Shown: one piece after another, positions 35,271 to 45,800 of the stretch
How positions within the stretch are numbered: position 1 is the first letter of the stretch
Layout of the letters: each line of letters starts with the position of its first letter
DNA from: Puccinia triticina
Lineage: Eukaryota
Direction: 5' to 3'
DNA length: 64,000 nt
Assembly: GCA_026914245.1 (NCBI GenBank)
Contig: CP110439.1
Location: 7,440,001-7,504,000, forward strand
The notes under the pieces: model-generated
Seen by the model: the letters and a program-made list of their open reading frames with translations, nothing else
Told to the model about the DNA's origin: nothing
Databases searched by the model: none
Position numbers and translations under genes: made by a program

Positions 35271-38200
35271 ATGTCGTTCCTCTCCTCGCTCCAAGGCACC
35301 GTTCTCCAGGGATACGCAGCCCTCCAAGGGCCCCAAGGCCAGCCCCAGTCCCCCACCGACACCCTCGGCAAGCTCCTCGACCGTCTCCAGAACTCCGCCC
35401 AGCATGAGGACAGGCGGAGCAGCATCCTCGGCATCAAGGGCATGGCCAGAGACTGGAAATCGGTAGCCCACCCACCCCCACCACACCCAGTATACCCCGA
35501 TCTCTGCTTACCTCTCCCCCCCCCCCCCCCCCCCCCCCCCCCCTTTGTTTTAGGAAGTCGGCCAAGTGGCTCTCCCGGCAATACTCGACTTGCTCGGCGA
35601 ACCGGGCCTCGCGGACGACCTAGATATGGCCAAAGCATTGCTCGAGACGCTGAATATCTTGTGCGAAGTCGAGGAGACCGAGCCTGGCAGGGCCGCGCAG
35701 ACAGACTGTGGAGTGGCCCATGTTGATACTTTCTTGATGGTCGGTGCTGTCCCTCGACATCTGAAGGATGATCCTTACACTCACATGCGATCTCTTGCTC
35801 CCACCCCCACAATCTGCTTAGAAACCCGACCCCACCCACGCAGTCTTGTCCCTGCTGAGCACCTCAAGCTTCTACATCCGCTTCTTTTCCCTGCAGCTCC
35901 TAGGCACCCTCCTCACCGCCCCGCCACCCCGCCCTCTGACCCTCCAGTCCCACTTCCTCACGGCCCCCGGCGGCCTGGGCGCGATCCTCTCCATCTTGGA
36001 CGATACCCGAGAAATCCTGCGCAACGAGGCCTTGCTGATCCTCCTCAACATCACCGAAAAAAACGCCGACATCCAGAAAATCGTCGCTTTCGAAGGCGGC
36101 TTCGATCGCTTGTTTCACATCATCGATGTCGAGGGCGGCATCGGCGCCGGCGGGATCGTCGTCCAGGATTGCTTGTTGTGTGTCGGCCAGCTTCTGCGCT
36201 ACAACGTCTCCAATCAAGTCAGTCTCATCATCCCAGAGTTGGCTCGCAGTTCGGCTGATCAAATCCTTGGTTCATCATCCCAGAATTATTTTCGAGAAAC
36301 GTCATGCATTCCTCATCTGGCCCCCATGCTCCTTTTCCCTCCAGCGCAAGATCCGCATCCAGTAGCCCTCGACTCCTTTGCAACCCAGCCGTGGAGCGAG
36401 CAAAAGCTCAACAACGCTCTGCTTGTCCTCGCCCTCGCCCGCACCTTAATCTCGGGCGCTGGGGTCGGCAAGATCGCCAATCAGCGGGCAATCCTCTCCG
36501 GCGGCCTCACTCGCTGTCTCGCAGAGATGGGCCTAGCCAGTGCCGCACCCCCCATTCTCAAGTCTGAGGCTCTGCATATCCTCGCCCACGTCGTCCGAGG
36601 GAGCGAGATTAACAAGGAGTTCCTCAGCAAGTTGGTACTCAGTCCCTTGGCCGCATCGGCCCCGCCGCCCGGCCAAGATCCGAGCTATTCGGACCCCGAG
36701 AAGCCCGAGTTCTATCGCCTCCCGCCCCAGTCTGCCATCTTCGCACTCTTCTCACTCGCCCTCGAGGGACTCCCCGGAGCTCAGCATCCCACATCGGCCG
36801 ATGACGAGTTCCAAACCCTGTCCGCCCGAGCTGCCGCTCTGAGTGCTATCGACAGCTTTCTGAACGGCAATCTGGATGCGCAGCTGGGTATCGTGGCCAC
36901 CATGAACACGCCTATCCCTCAGCTGTCCGACCAGAACGCCGGCCCGTCTCACTCGCCTGGATCATTGCTCTTCGCGGCTCTGCAGGGCCTGCCCCCGACT
37001 GAAGCTGGGAGCATGGCTGCATACACCTCCTTCTTTGCCTCCCTCATCTTCGCACATCTCCTCAGAGGGTTCGAGCCCGCCAAGAAGCTGGCACGCGAGA
37101 TCCGGATCGGCGGCGACCCTGCCGATCCCAACGCCCCGCCGGACGACGACGACGACCAGACCGGCCTGGTACAGATCTTGATCGGAAACTTGATGATGGC
37201 TCAGCGGATGCAAAGCCAGAGTAACAATGCTGGCGATGGGATTCAGCGATCCTTAGCATGGGCTCGAATCATGGTCGGCTACTTGATTGTTTTGGCCACG
37301 TGGCTATGGGAGAGTCCCTCGACAACGAGCGAGTTTTTGAGTGAAGGTACAAATTTACAAGTGGTATGTGTATCCTATCTCACCAACTGTCTCCCAATAA
37401 CCAGTGATGAACTCACTGACTCGGTTACCCCCTTCGAAACAATGTATAGCTGATTGAGCCAATCAGTCAATCATCGGGCGTGGACCCGCTTGTCCAAGGT
37501 TTATGCGCGTTTGTGTTAGGCATCATATACGAAACCGACCATGACCCGGCCTCCCCGATACCAAGGTTAGTTGAGCCCCCTTTCGCCCGTCAGCCGGTTC
37601 GCTGACGATAGACGGCCTGGTTTTCGATGGGGCCCGAAGATCGACACTGCAGCCCATCCTCCATTCTCGTGTCGGACCAGACCAGTTCGTCAATCGGATC
37701 CTCAGGCTCAGAGAAGACCCTCGCTTCAAAAACGTCGGCCCTGACGTCCTCGAGTTGAGCCTCCAGCCGCCCGCCGGAACTGATCCCAGCAGCGCAGATC
37801 AAGAACCTGGACTGTGGTTCGATTGGCCGTTCGTGGAGTTTCTGAAAAATAACTATGGTGGGTGATCTTTGATCAACCTTTCATGTACCACATTAATCTA
37901 CTGTGCGATATTAACTTCATTTCCCATTGATCAACCAAAAAAAGTATCTATACAGCAATCCATCTTAATCGATCCTGGATCCGGTGGAGGGCCAAGTGAG
38001 TTTCTTTCTTATTCTCCGAGAGGGAGGCGCCAGTTGGTATTCGAATGGTTACACACAAACCCACTGAATAAATTTCTCCAGAGTTTTCCAAAGAAAATAC
38101 AGACCAATCCGAAGAATTAAGTAGACTAAAGACCCAGGTGGCCGCACAAACAAACGATATGCAAGCTCTGGAGCGGCAGGTATCGGAGCTGACGTTGAAA

Positions 38201-38547
38201 CTAAAAGAGCAAGTGAGTGGCATCCAGCTCATGGTTTCCGGTGTTCTCCTTGATGACGAGTGAGTGACCGATGCTGATGGGGAATATGATGACGCCGAGC
38301 GAAGCCACGGGAGGCAGAAGAGATCGAAGGTCTGCGGAAAGAGAACGAGAGGCTAGTCGAGGAGGTGCGCGCCTTGCGGGAAGAGACGGGCCGGCTGAGT
38401 GCGGCGCAGAAGGAGACCGAGAAGGAGCAGGAAGACCTGCTCGTCTTGCTCGAGGAGGTGAGCAGCAAGAGACGCCGGGACAAGGCTGTGATGCGCGAGA
38501 AGGGCCTCGAGGTCAGTGAGGACGAGGACGATGAGGACGGCAGCTAG
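35271..38547 (+). CDS. USO1: Uso1/p115 ER-Golgi vesicle tether; multi-exon
   Basis: Head-domain motifs EDRRSSILGIK, FYIRFFSLQLL, REILRNEALLIL, DIQKIVAFEGGFDRLF, LLRYNVSNQ|NYFRET; C-terminus KEQEDLLVLLEE..KRRRDK plus acidic tail. Confidence 0.95.
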
Positions 38548-39591
38548 CCGCAAAGCCCTGGCTGTCTTGGGGCTCGTATACATCCAGGCGTGCCCTCCCC
38601 CCTTGTAACTGTATTGCTCTCCGTCCCACCCCCTCATCAGGTCTCCCCAACTTTGTTTGCTCCATACCTGCTCCTCTTCTCCAAACCGCGCCTTACCAAC
38701 ACACGATGGGAGCAATCGAAGCCTGTCTCGCTTAATCAATGGGCACGCTGTGGATGTACCATTTTTTCGTTTTTTTTTTGTACACCTTCAATATCCAGAC
38801 CCTCTCACAACCTTCCCACCTCTCACCGTCTCCTCTCAAAAAGAAAGCTTCCTGTCCGCTATGAAGATTCATGTCTTGTCGTATACTGCCCGAAAACAAA
38901 AACGGTTCTTGTTTCTGCCTCGTCAGACCCCATGCTTTTGTGCATGTACCCTGGTGCAATTCTTCTACTTCCAGTAGGCTTCACTCAGTCCAAGGCAAAA
39001 GTCCAATGCATGTTATTTCATTCATATATTGTTGATCATACGAGATGTTGGCTGGGATGGAACAACCTCAACCTGGTTACGCTGGTCAGGATATCAGGTC
39101 TCGGTGACAAAGATTTGTAACACACGCACTGGCACAGATGCAACTGTGATGAAATCTGCGGATATGTTGATTTGGTGTCGGAAAATCAAACAGTGGTTGT
39201 GGCTCACTAGGCTCGAGTGAGCTGCCCATGCAGTTGGGCCACAGCCTACTTGCCTCTGGTGTGTGATTCACGTTGAAGGTTGCGTCCAGTGATACGACTC
39301 CCGTAATACTGTTTCATCTCACTCAACAATAGTCCGCCCTGGTGAACTAACTTATAGGCACAAGTGCTGATGTGGGCGAATCTGTTGATTTCATGGCAAC
39401 AATCTCGGATGGGTTATGTAGAAATCAAGATGTACAGCTTGTCGTAGTAGGACCAAATCTGGCGTTATGATTACAGAGTGGAAAACAAATGGCAGCAAGG
39501 GTTCGCCGGAGTGATGTGTGTTCTACTTCCTGTTGATGAGAGGCTCCAACAGGCCAGGGGGATCCGACGATCCGGGGCGGCAGACGCGGTG

Positions 39592-39904
39592 TTACTTCTT
39601 ATCGGCGGGGGTGTAAGTGGCGGAGCCTTTGCCGTCGTTGTAGTAGCTGCGAGGGGAGGTTGGATGTTAGGACAGGTCGATGGACGCGCGTGGAGAAGAG
39701 ATACGCGACTCAGGTGGAACCGTTCGGGTTGTTGTAGTAGTACGAGCCATTGGTGTTGGAGTAATGGTACGAGTTCGGGTTCGGGGCGCTGGCTCCATAG
39801 TCGCGCGAGCAGTAGTGGTTGCCTTGAGAGTTGGTGCCGCTCGACCGGTAAGTGTAGCCAGAGCCGGAGTTCCCGGAGGAGCCGCTGTTTGATTGAGAAG
39901 GCAT
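39592..39904 (-). CDS. Small Gly/Ser/Asn/Tyr-rich fungal protein (about 81 aa if spliced); 5' splice site reads CT rather than GT
   Basis: Exon 1 (39714-39904) contains SGTNSQGNHYCSRDYG..NSYHYSNTNGSYYYNNPNGST; exon 2 (39592-39646) reads YYNDGKGSATYTPADKK*; the 67-nt intron has a CTAAC branch point and CAG acceptor. Confidence 0.75.
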
Positions 39905-39996
39905 GATGGTTTTTGAGGTTTTTTGAGGAAAGAGGAGGCAGCAATAGTGGGGTGAAGGGCAGCGAGCACGAACAAGCCCAGCCGTGTTATTTCATA

Positions 39997-40030
39997 CTAG
40001 CGTTTAAGGGCGGCTGCGCCGCCCCGTGAT
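39997..40030 (-). mobile_element. Helitron-type 3' terminus (the element extends rightward and hosts Copia-2; 5' end not located)
   Basis: Minus strand reads GGGCGGC-GCA-GCCGCCC hairpin, 7 nt, then CTAG|T. Confidence 0.6.
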
Positions 40031-40687
40031 CGCTGGTGTAAATTCATTCACCATTAACTTAAGACACTTCCTAAAATGTTGCCTTTATGGTATTCCTCTT
40101 ATGCTCTGGCCTGGGATGTCGGTGAGAACAAGCAAGAAGAGTATGAATTTCAATCACGGAAGAAATGAACAAAAGGATCTTATCCAAGGACCTTCGCACA
40201 GTCACCTTGTTCCCGTCCTCAGCAAGCTCATTGTTGTGTCTTGGAACATCGACCGGATCGGGTGGTATTTCCGCATCGTTTGGCCCATTGGTGAGTATCC
40301 TGTTCAAAGAACCTGAGGTTGTCAAGTTGGTACGAATGGGTTCAGGAGGATTGATTGAAGACTGATTAGAATATGGGAAGGTTGCGATGGAGGACTCGAA
40401 AAAAGTGTTATTAGTTGGCACCCAGAATATCCAGCCTTTGCCCCCTTGAACATAACCAACAAGATTACACCGCCAAGCACGTTGATCCGTTTTACTCTTG
40501 CGATAAATATCAGGCTTGTGGACGAAGGCTACCTCGCCGAAAGTTCGGAGACAATCGAAAAGTGGCTTCTTGCCAAACATGACCTCCAGCGGTGTTTTGT
40601 CGCCCGTCAACGAATTGACCACTCTGTTGTGGGTGAAATAGCCCCAAAGATACGGGGGGGTTGAATTTTACAACCCTCATTTTACAA

Positions 40688-42875
40688 TATGGAGGCGCTG
40701 GACCGACATGTCGGACAGCTTTTTAGTTTCACTTTTTTTTTTTTTTTTTTTAAAAAAAACAAGAAAGAATATTTGTTACTGGGAGCAAAGCGGGAGCGAA
40801 GTACACCACGGGCGAAGCTCAACGAAATGATTTCGATTGCCAGCCGATATCATTTCGGTTGGTCTGCCTGCAAGGGGGGACCGTCGCCAGACGGTCGGCG
40901 CTTTCACTGGAAAATTCCAGGAACCCTACTGGAAGGCAATCCAAAATTATTTTGGATCCCCAACGCACTTCCGAAGTGCTTTCGTGTGCAATTCGGAATG
41001 GTTACGGGCCGTCGCAGGTTTTGAAGGGCTCAAAACAAGGTTTCAGCAAGGTGGGTGGACAAAAGGGAGGCTTGAACCTGCAACATGCTTCTGATCCACC
41101 CCAACCGAGCCCCTTGCCAACTGCCCCAGACACACTGTTACAGGAGGCGCTGTTTTATATATAGGACCATCCTTCTGTGAGGTGTGGTCAGCCATATTCG
41201 GAAATATTCCGGGGAAAATCCAGGAAAAAAACCGGAATGGTCTGTTTCCTGGAATGAAGTCGAATCAATTTCGACTTCATTCCATTTTGGACGCTACCTG
41301 AATTGCGATCGGAATGGTTCCGGTACTTTGACCATACCGGAAGCATTCCGATTGGTTTTCGGTCCTTCAACCATACCAGAACGATTCCAATTGGTTTTCG
41401 GGTTTTCCTACCATCCAGTAAATTTTCTGGATGGAAACTTTGAATCTTCACCCGTGGTGTAGCCCATGACTGCCTAGCTTGGTCCCTGTACAACTGTAGG
41501 ATCCTATAAGCACTTCCGTGACAAGGGGCGCTGTAGATTCCAGCGTAGTCACGTGCCAGCGGAAGTACAGGGAGGTGTGTACATAGTCCACTCGGTCCCT
41601 GCCTGCCCTTTTGCCCCCAGGAAAGAACCGTTAAACTTTCCACTAGCGCCTTAGTAATCACTTCCTTTTGGGTTGCACCTGCTCCCGGAGGACCCGCTTT
41701 GCTAACCCCTTCTCCCTTACCAACGTTGCTAGGCCAAGAGATCCCTCTTGGGCAAGCTCTAGCCGAAGCAAGGCCCTTGGGAGGAACATTCTCAGCGGAC
41801 CGGGGATCAAACCTCCCTCCAACCCACACAGAGTCTTGGGAAGCCTCAACCGGCTTTTGGGACTCCCCAGGCGCCGCGGCACGGCGCCAAAACTGTGAGC
41901 AGAAGGATGTGTTACCCATGGCTCAAGCAAAAGAGACCGACCACCCGGTCCCCAGTGCATCCAGGATTTTGAACCAGCTCATTGGTAGCCCTTGAGAAGC
42001 CAAGGTACTTTATAAACAGCTTTCCAGGAGCCTTGGCAAGCCAGTGGGCAACAATGAAATCTTGCCACTGGCTGGCAAGGTATGTACATGCAGCAGCATG
42101 CTCCTCGGTGAGCTTGTTGGTGGGAACAGGTCTCCCTTGCAGAGTCCAGTTGACTCGGAGAAATTGAAGCCATTGGACTGGTCTCAATTCCTCAAATCAT
42201 ATGCTCTGAAATGCCGTTCTGACTCTCCTGGGCACCTAACCAACCCCCAATCAAGTCAGAGAGCAGCATGATATAGAGAGTACAATGTCAAAAGGCAGCA
42301 TGTAAACAGCTTGACCAACTCTTCAGGGCACCTAACCGACCCCCTGTTGAGTGATAAAGAAGTTGCCGAGAATGAGGGGGGAGTTGGAGCGGATTAAAAC
42401 ATAAGAGGTATATATAGGAACCAGGCTGCTCACCTTACTATTACAGGATGTATAACAAATCCTGACACTGACACCTGTTTGAGTACTGCTACACATGCAT
42501 TATATAAATACATACACTGATACAGACAGATACTGATCCCACATGTTTGGTGGATGCTGGAAGCGGAAGCAAGGAAAGATGGCTAGAGTCAAAACATGAA
42601 ACATGACTGACAAGAATTTCTGGTTCAGAGCCATTTTTGTCTAGGAATGTTGGCTCAGGCACCATGTTTGGCTAGGCATGTCGGCTCAGAGCCATGGTGG
42701 CTGTTTTGTCGCGCCAGAGGCGCCATCAGACCGACACCAAAGTGGCCGGATTGTCGCTCTGAAAGCATAACAATGGCCGCTTTGTCGGTTCATTTGTCCA
42801 TTTTGTCGTGGATTCACCGGCATTTCACAAAAAAAACACGAATTTGGCCGTTTTTGTCGGTCCAGCGCCTCCATA
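40688..42875. mobile_element. TIR element with TATGG..CCATA ends and a 6-bp TSD (IS3EU-like)
   Basis: 21-bp perfect TIR TATGGAGGCGCTGGACCGACA; TTACAA duplicated (40682-40687 / 42876-42881). Removing it makes the two MULE TIRs align without gaps. The superfamily is inferred from the ends only. Confidence 0.8.
40804..41459. mobile_element. 656-bp CAC-ended MITE
   Basis: TIR CACCACGGG(C/T)GAAG flanked by TA on both sides; internal repeats such as ACCATACC.GAA..ATTCC.ATTGGTTTTCGG. Confidence 0.8.
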
Positions 42876-45800
42876 TTACAAGGCTTATGCTTTGTAAAAG
42901 CAATGCCATGTAAAATCATATTAAGCCACGGGTTTTTTGTAATTTTACAAGTGTTCTTCCATTTTTTCCTAGTTTGTAAAATAACCGTTGTGAAAAATAC
43001 CTTGTCAATTTTCCGCTTGGCGGACTCAAATAGAATTTTACAAGTGATTTGTTCACAAGGGTTTCCCTTGCAAAGAAAAAGCCATGTAAAAAAGCATGTG
43101 AGTCACAATACATTCAAATTTGCAAGGTTTCCCTTACATGGGATCCTTTTTTGGATTCACAAGGGTTGCAAAATTCTGACCAGAGGGAGAAAGATGAGAT
43201 TTTTACAAGGCATATGTCTATTTACAAGGCATAATTTCCCACCAGAAAACAAGACAAAAAAAATGACAGTGAAAATTTGAACACCGCCAAAGTCTAATGT
43301 AAAACAGCATGTCTCAAGCCTTGCCGTTGGTACTCAACCTTGGGTAGCTTTGCGGGCGCTAGATCAGTGGCCAAGCATTTGGGCTCAATGATATTTTTCT
43401 TAGTCTTCTTGAATTTGCCCGAGGTCTTTTCCCCTTCAATCTTCAACTCTTCAATCATCTGTTGCTGATTGCTAGTCTTCCCAACTTTCAATTGTATCTT
43501 CAACTCGCCCGACACTTTTTGTTTGAGATCAGTTGGCTTTTCCGCTCCAGAGCGAGCGCCAACAGTCGCTTTGGCCGCTCCAGATGGAGCACCAATGGTC
43601 GCTTGAGCCGCTCCAGATGGAGGGCTCACAATTGCTTGAGATTTCTTGAGCTTTGTTGAAGCAGGGGCGACCTCCGGAGTCCGTGTCATTCGAAATCGCT
43701 ACCTTTGGTACTTGCTTCACCGGAACGACTGTACGCCTTAGATCCTTGCTAGAATATGAAAAGATCTTAATCTAGAGCTTGTAGCAGCTTGAAAACCAAC
43801 ACCCCAGCCTGCAAACACATTCTTTGCTCATGCCCGTAGCGTGCCGAAAAGAGGCTCCTCCCGCCCGGAAACTGTGGCCCAGGAGGCCGTGGTAGCCGGC
43901 TGCCGAGAAAACCGAGTTAAGCGCGTCGGGTTAGAAGTCGTCGTATGTTGACTTTGTTGTAGCCAAAAAGAGATGTGTTAGCGTTCCCGACCTCTTTCAA
44001 CCTACGTTTTAAAGCCCCCACCCCACGGGACATAAACATGTCCAATTGTTCTGTCAGGATCAGGAACTGTGGGGTGCCTGGAGCCACTGTCTTTGCTGAT
44101 CGCAGTGATAGGGTTGCCTCCGGCCCAAACAAGGCGTCCAAGGAGAAAACAACAATGGATGTGAGCAGTGACGTCTCAAAGTGTAGTGTGCCAAACAGAG
44201 AAGGAAAAACAACTTACATATGTGTGGGTGGAAATCCAACGTGATCAGGGTGTTGAGGCGTGTAAAATTCATGTATCTTTGTGAATTGGTTTACTTTTCC
44301 GGGCGAATACAGCATTGTAAAACAAGGCTCGTAACCTGTATCCCGTAAAAATACATTTCTGAATTCAAATGATGAAATTCCAAAGGTGGTTTCACAAGTT
44401 TTGTGAAACATCCAGTGTAATATTATGTAAGCCCTCTGTACACAGTATGTTTACATTGTATGTATTACAATGTATAATTTACAAGGGCCAAGAAAAGTCC
44501 GAAAGCCCCGGAAAAATACATATTACCCCATAAATCTCATAAAATCCCAACGCATACCTTTCACAAGGGTTATGCCTTGTGAAATAAGTTTTGTAAAATT
44601 CACGGACCCGCAAAGATACGCAAAACCCCAAAATTTCAAGGGGAGTCCCGAAGAAATCAACGCCGTCCTTGCCATCTCACCCACCGTCCGATGAAGTCTC
44701 TCGGCAGCTCCATTTTGCTCCGGTTCATAAGGCATTGAGTGCTGGTGCTCAATCCCCTTATCCTGTAACCAACCAATGAACGCCTTCGACGTGAATTCCC
44801 CTCCGCCATCCGTTCTAAAACGCTTAAGTTTCTTCCCGGTGAGTCGTTCCATCCTCTCGATGTACCTCTTAAAATTCAAACACACTTCGCTTTTGGCTTT
44901 GAGCAAAAAACCTTCCGAGTAGGTGCTTGCTAGATCCCAAAACACAACCAAATATTTTACCCCGTTGAATCCTTCGACAAAGGGACCGAGTACATCCGAG
45001 ACAATGGTATCCATCGGCATTAATGCTGGTTCATCGGATAGACGGTTCCCCCTTACCCGTTTGCTCTTGCTGACCAAACAATCTTCACATACAAAGTCCT
45101 TATTAGTCAACTTTTCCGGCAGCCCCGGCAAGTCCCCCAGTGCACACATTTTGATGATCCTCTTTAGACTTATGTGCCCTAGTCTACGGTGCCACATTAG
45201 AGCATCGGAATTCTTAATTGTAGCCTGACAGGCCGTTAACTCGGACGTGTCATTTAGATCAGATTTCAAAGGAAGGCAAGAGGGGGGAACAATAATGATA
45301 GCAGGTGAGGAATTTCGGACCATGGCAGGAACCTGCCACCAACAATTGATCGAGAAAGATTGAAGAGAGAAACCATTCAAGAAGTGTACCGCCGCGCTTC
45401 CATGCTTGTTGATTACCAATTTGCCCCCGCCAAGTCAAAGCGTCTCTGCCGACAGTAGTGTGCACAAGGCATCCGGGCTGTAATAGACGTTGTTGAGTAT
45501 GATTGAACCCGACTTATTGCTGAGCATCATCTTCCCAACTATAGTCACAAAAGATTGCGGCGCATTAGTTGCCACAGATAGAGGAATGGGTTTGGAGAGT
45601 TTTACATGATCGAAGAGAATGGAAAGGTCGTTTGTGAAGGTATGAGAAGCGCACGAGTCAAGGCCCAAAAGTCTGCCGCCCTGCTTCAGCAAGTGATCAA
45701 TTTCCTCCTGAGTGACTTGAGGATTGACGTTGTCCACGGTGACGGACTGAAAGGTTGGTTGATCCCCTGAGCTCTCCGCCAATACCTGATCCGACAGCTC

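Larger units (their letters stand above)
40654..44610. mobile_element. Mutator-like (MULE) non-autonomous element with long degenerate TIRs
   Basis: 9-bp TSD CAAAGATAC (40645-40653 / 44611-44619) inside the Copia integrase (FAYL|WGYFTHNR rejoins); TIR core TGAATTTTACAA; arms rich in TTACAAG/CTTGTGAA motifs; unidentified ORF remnants at 43294-44270. Confidence 0.85.
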
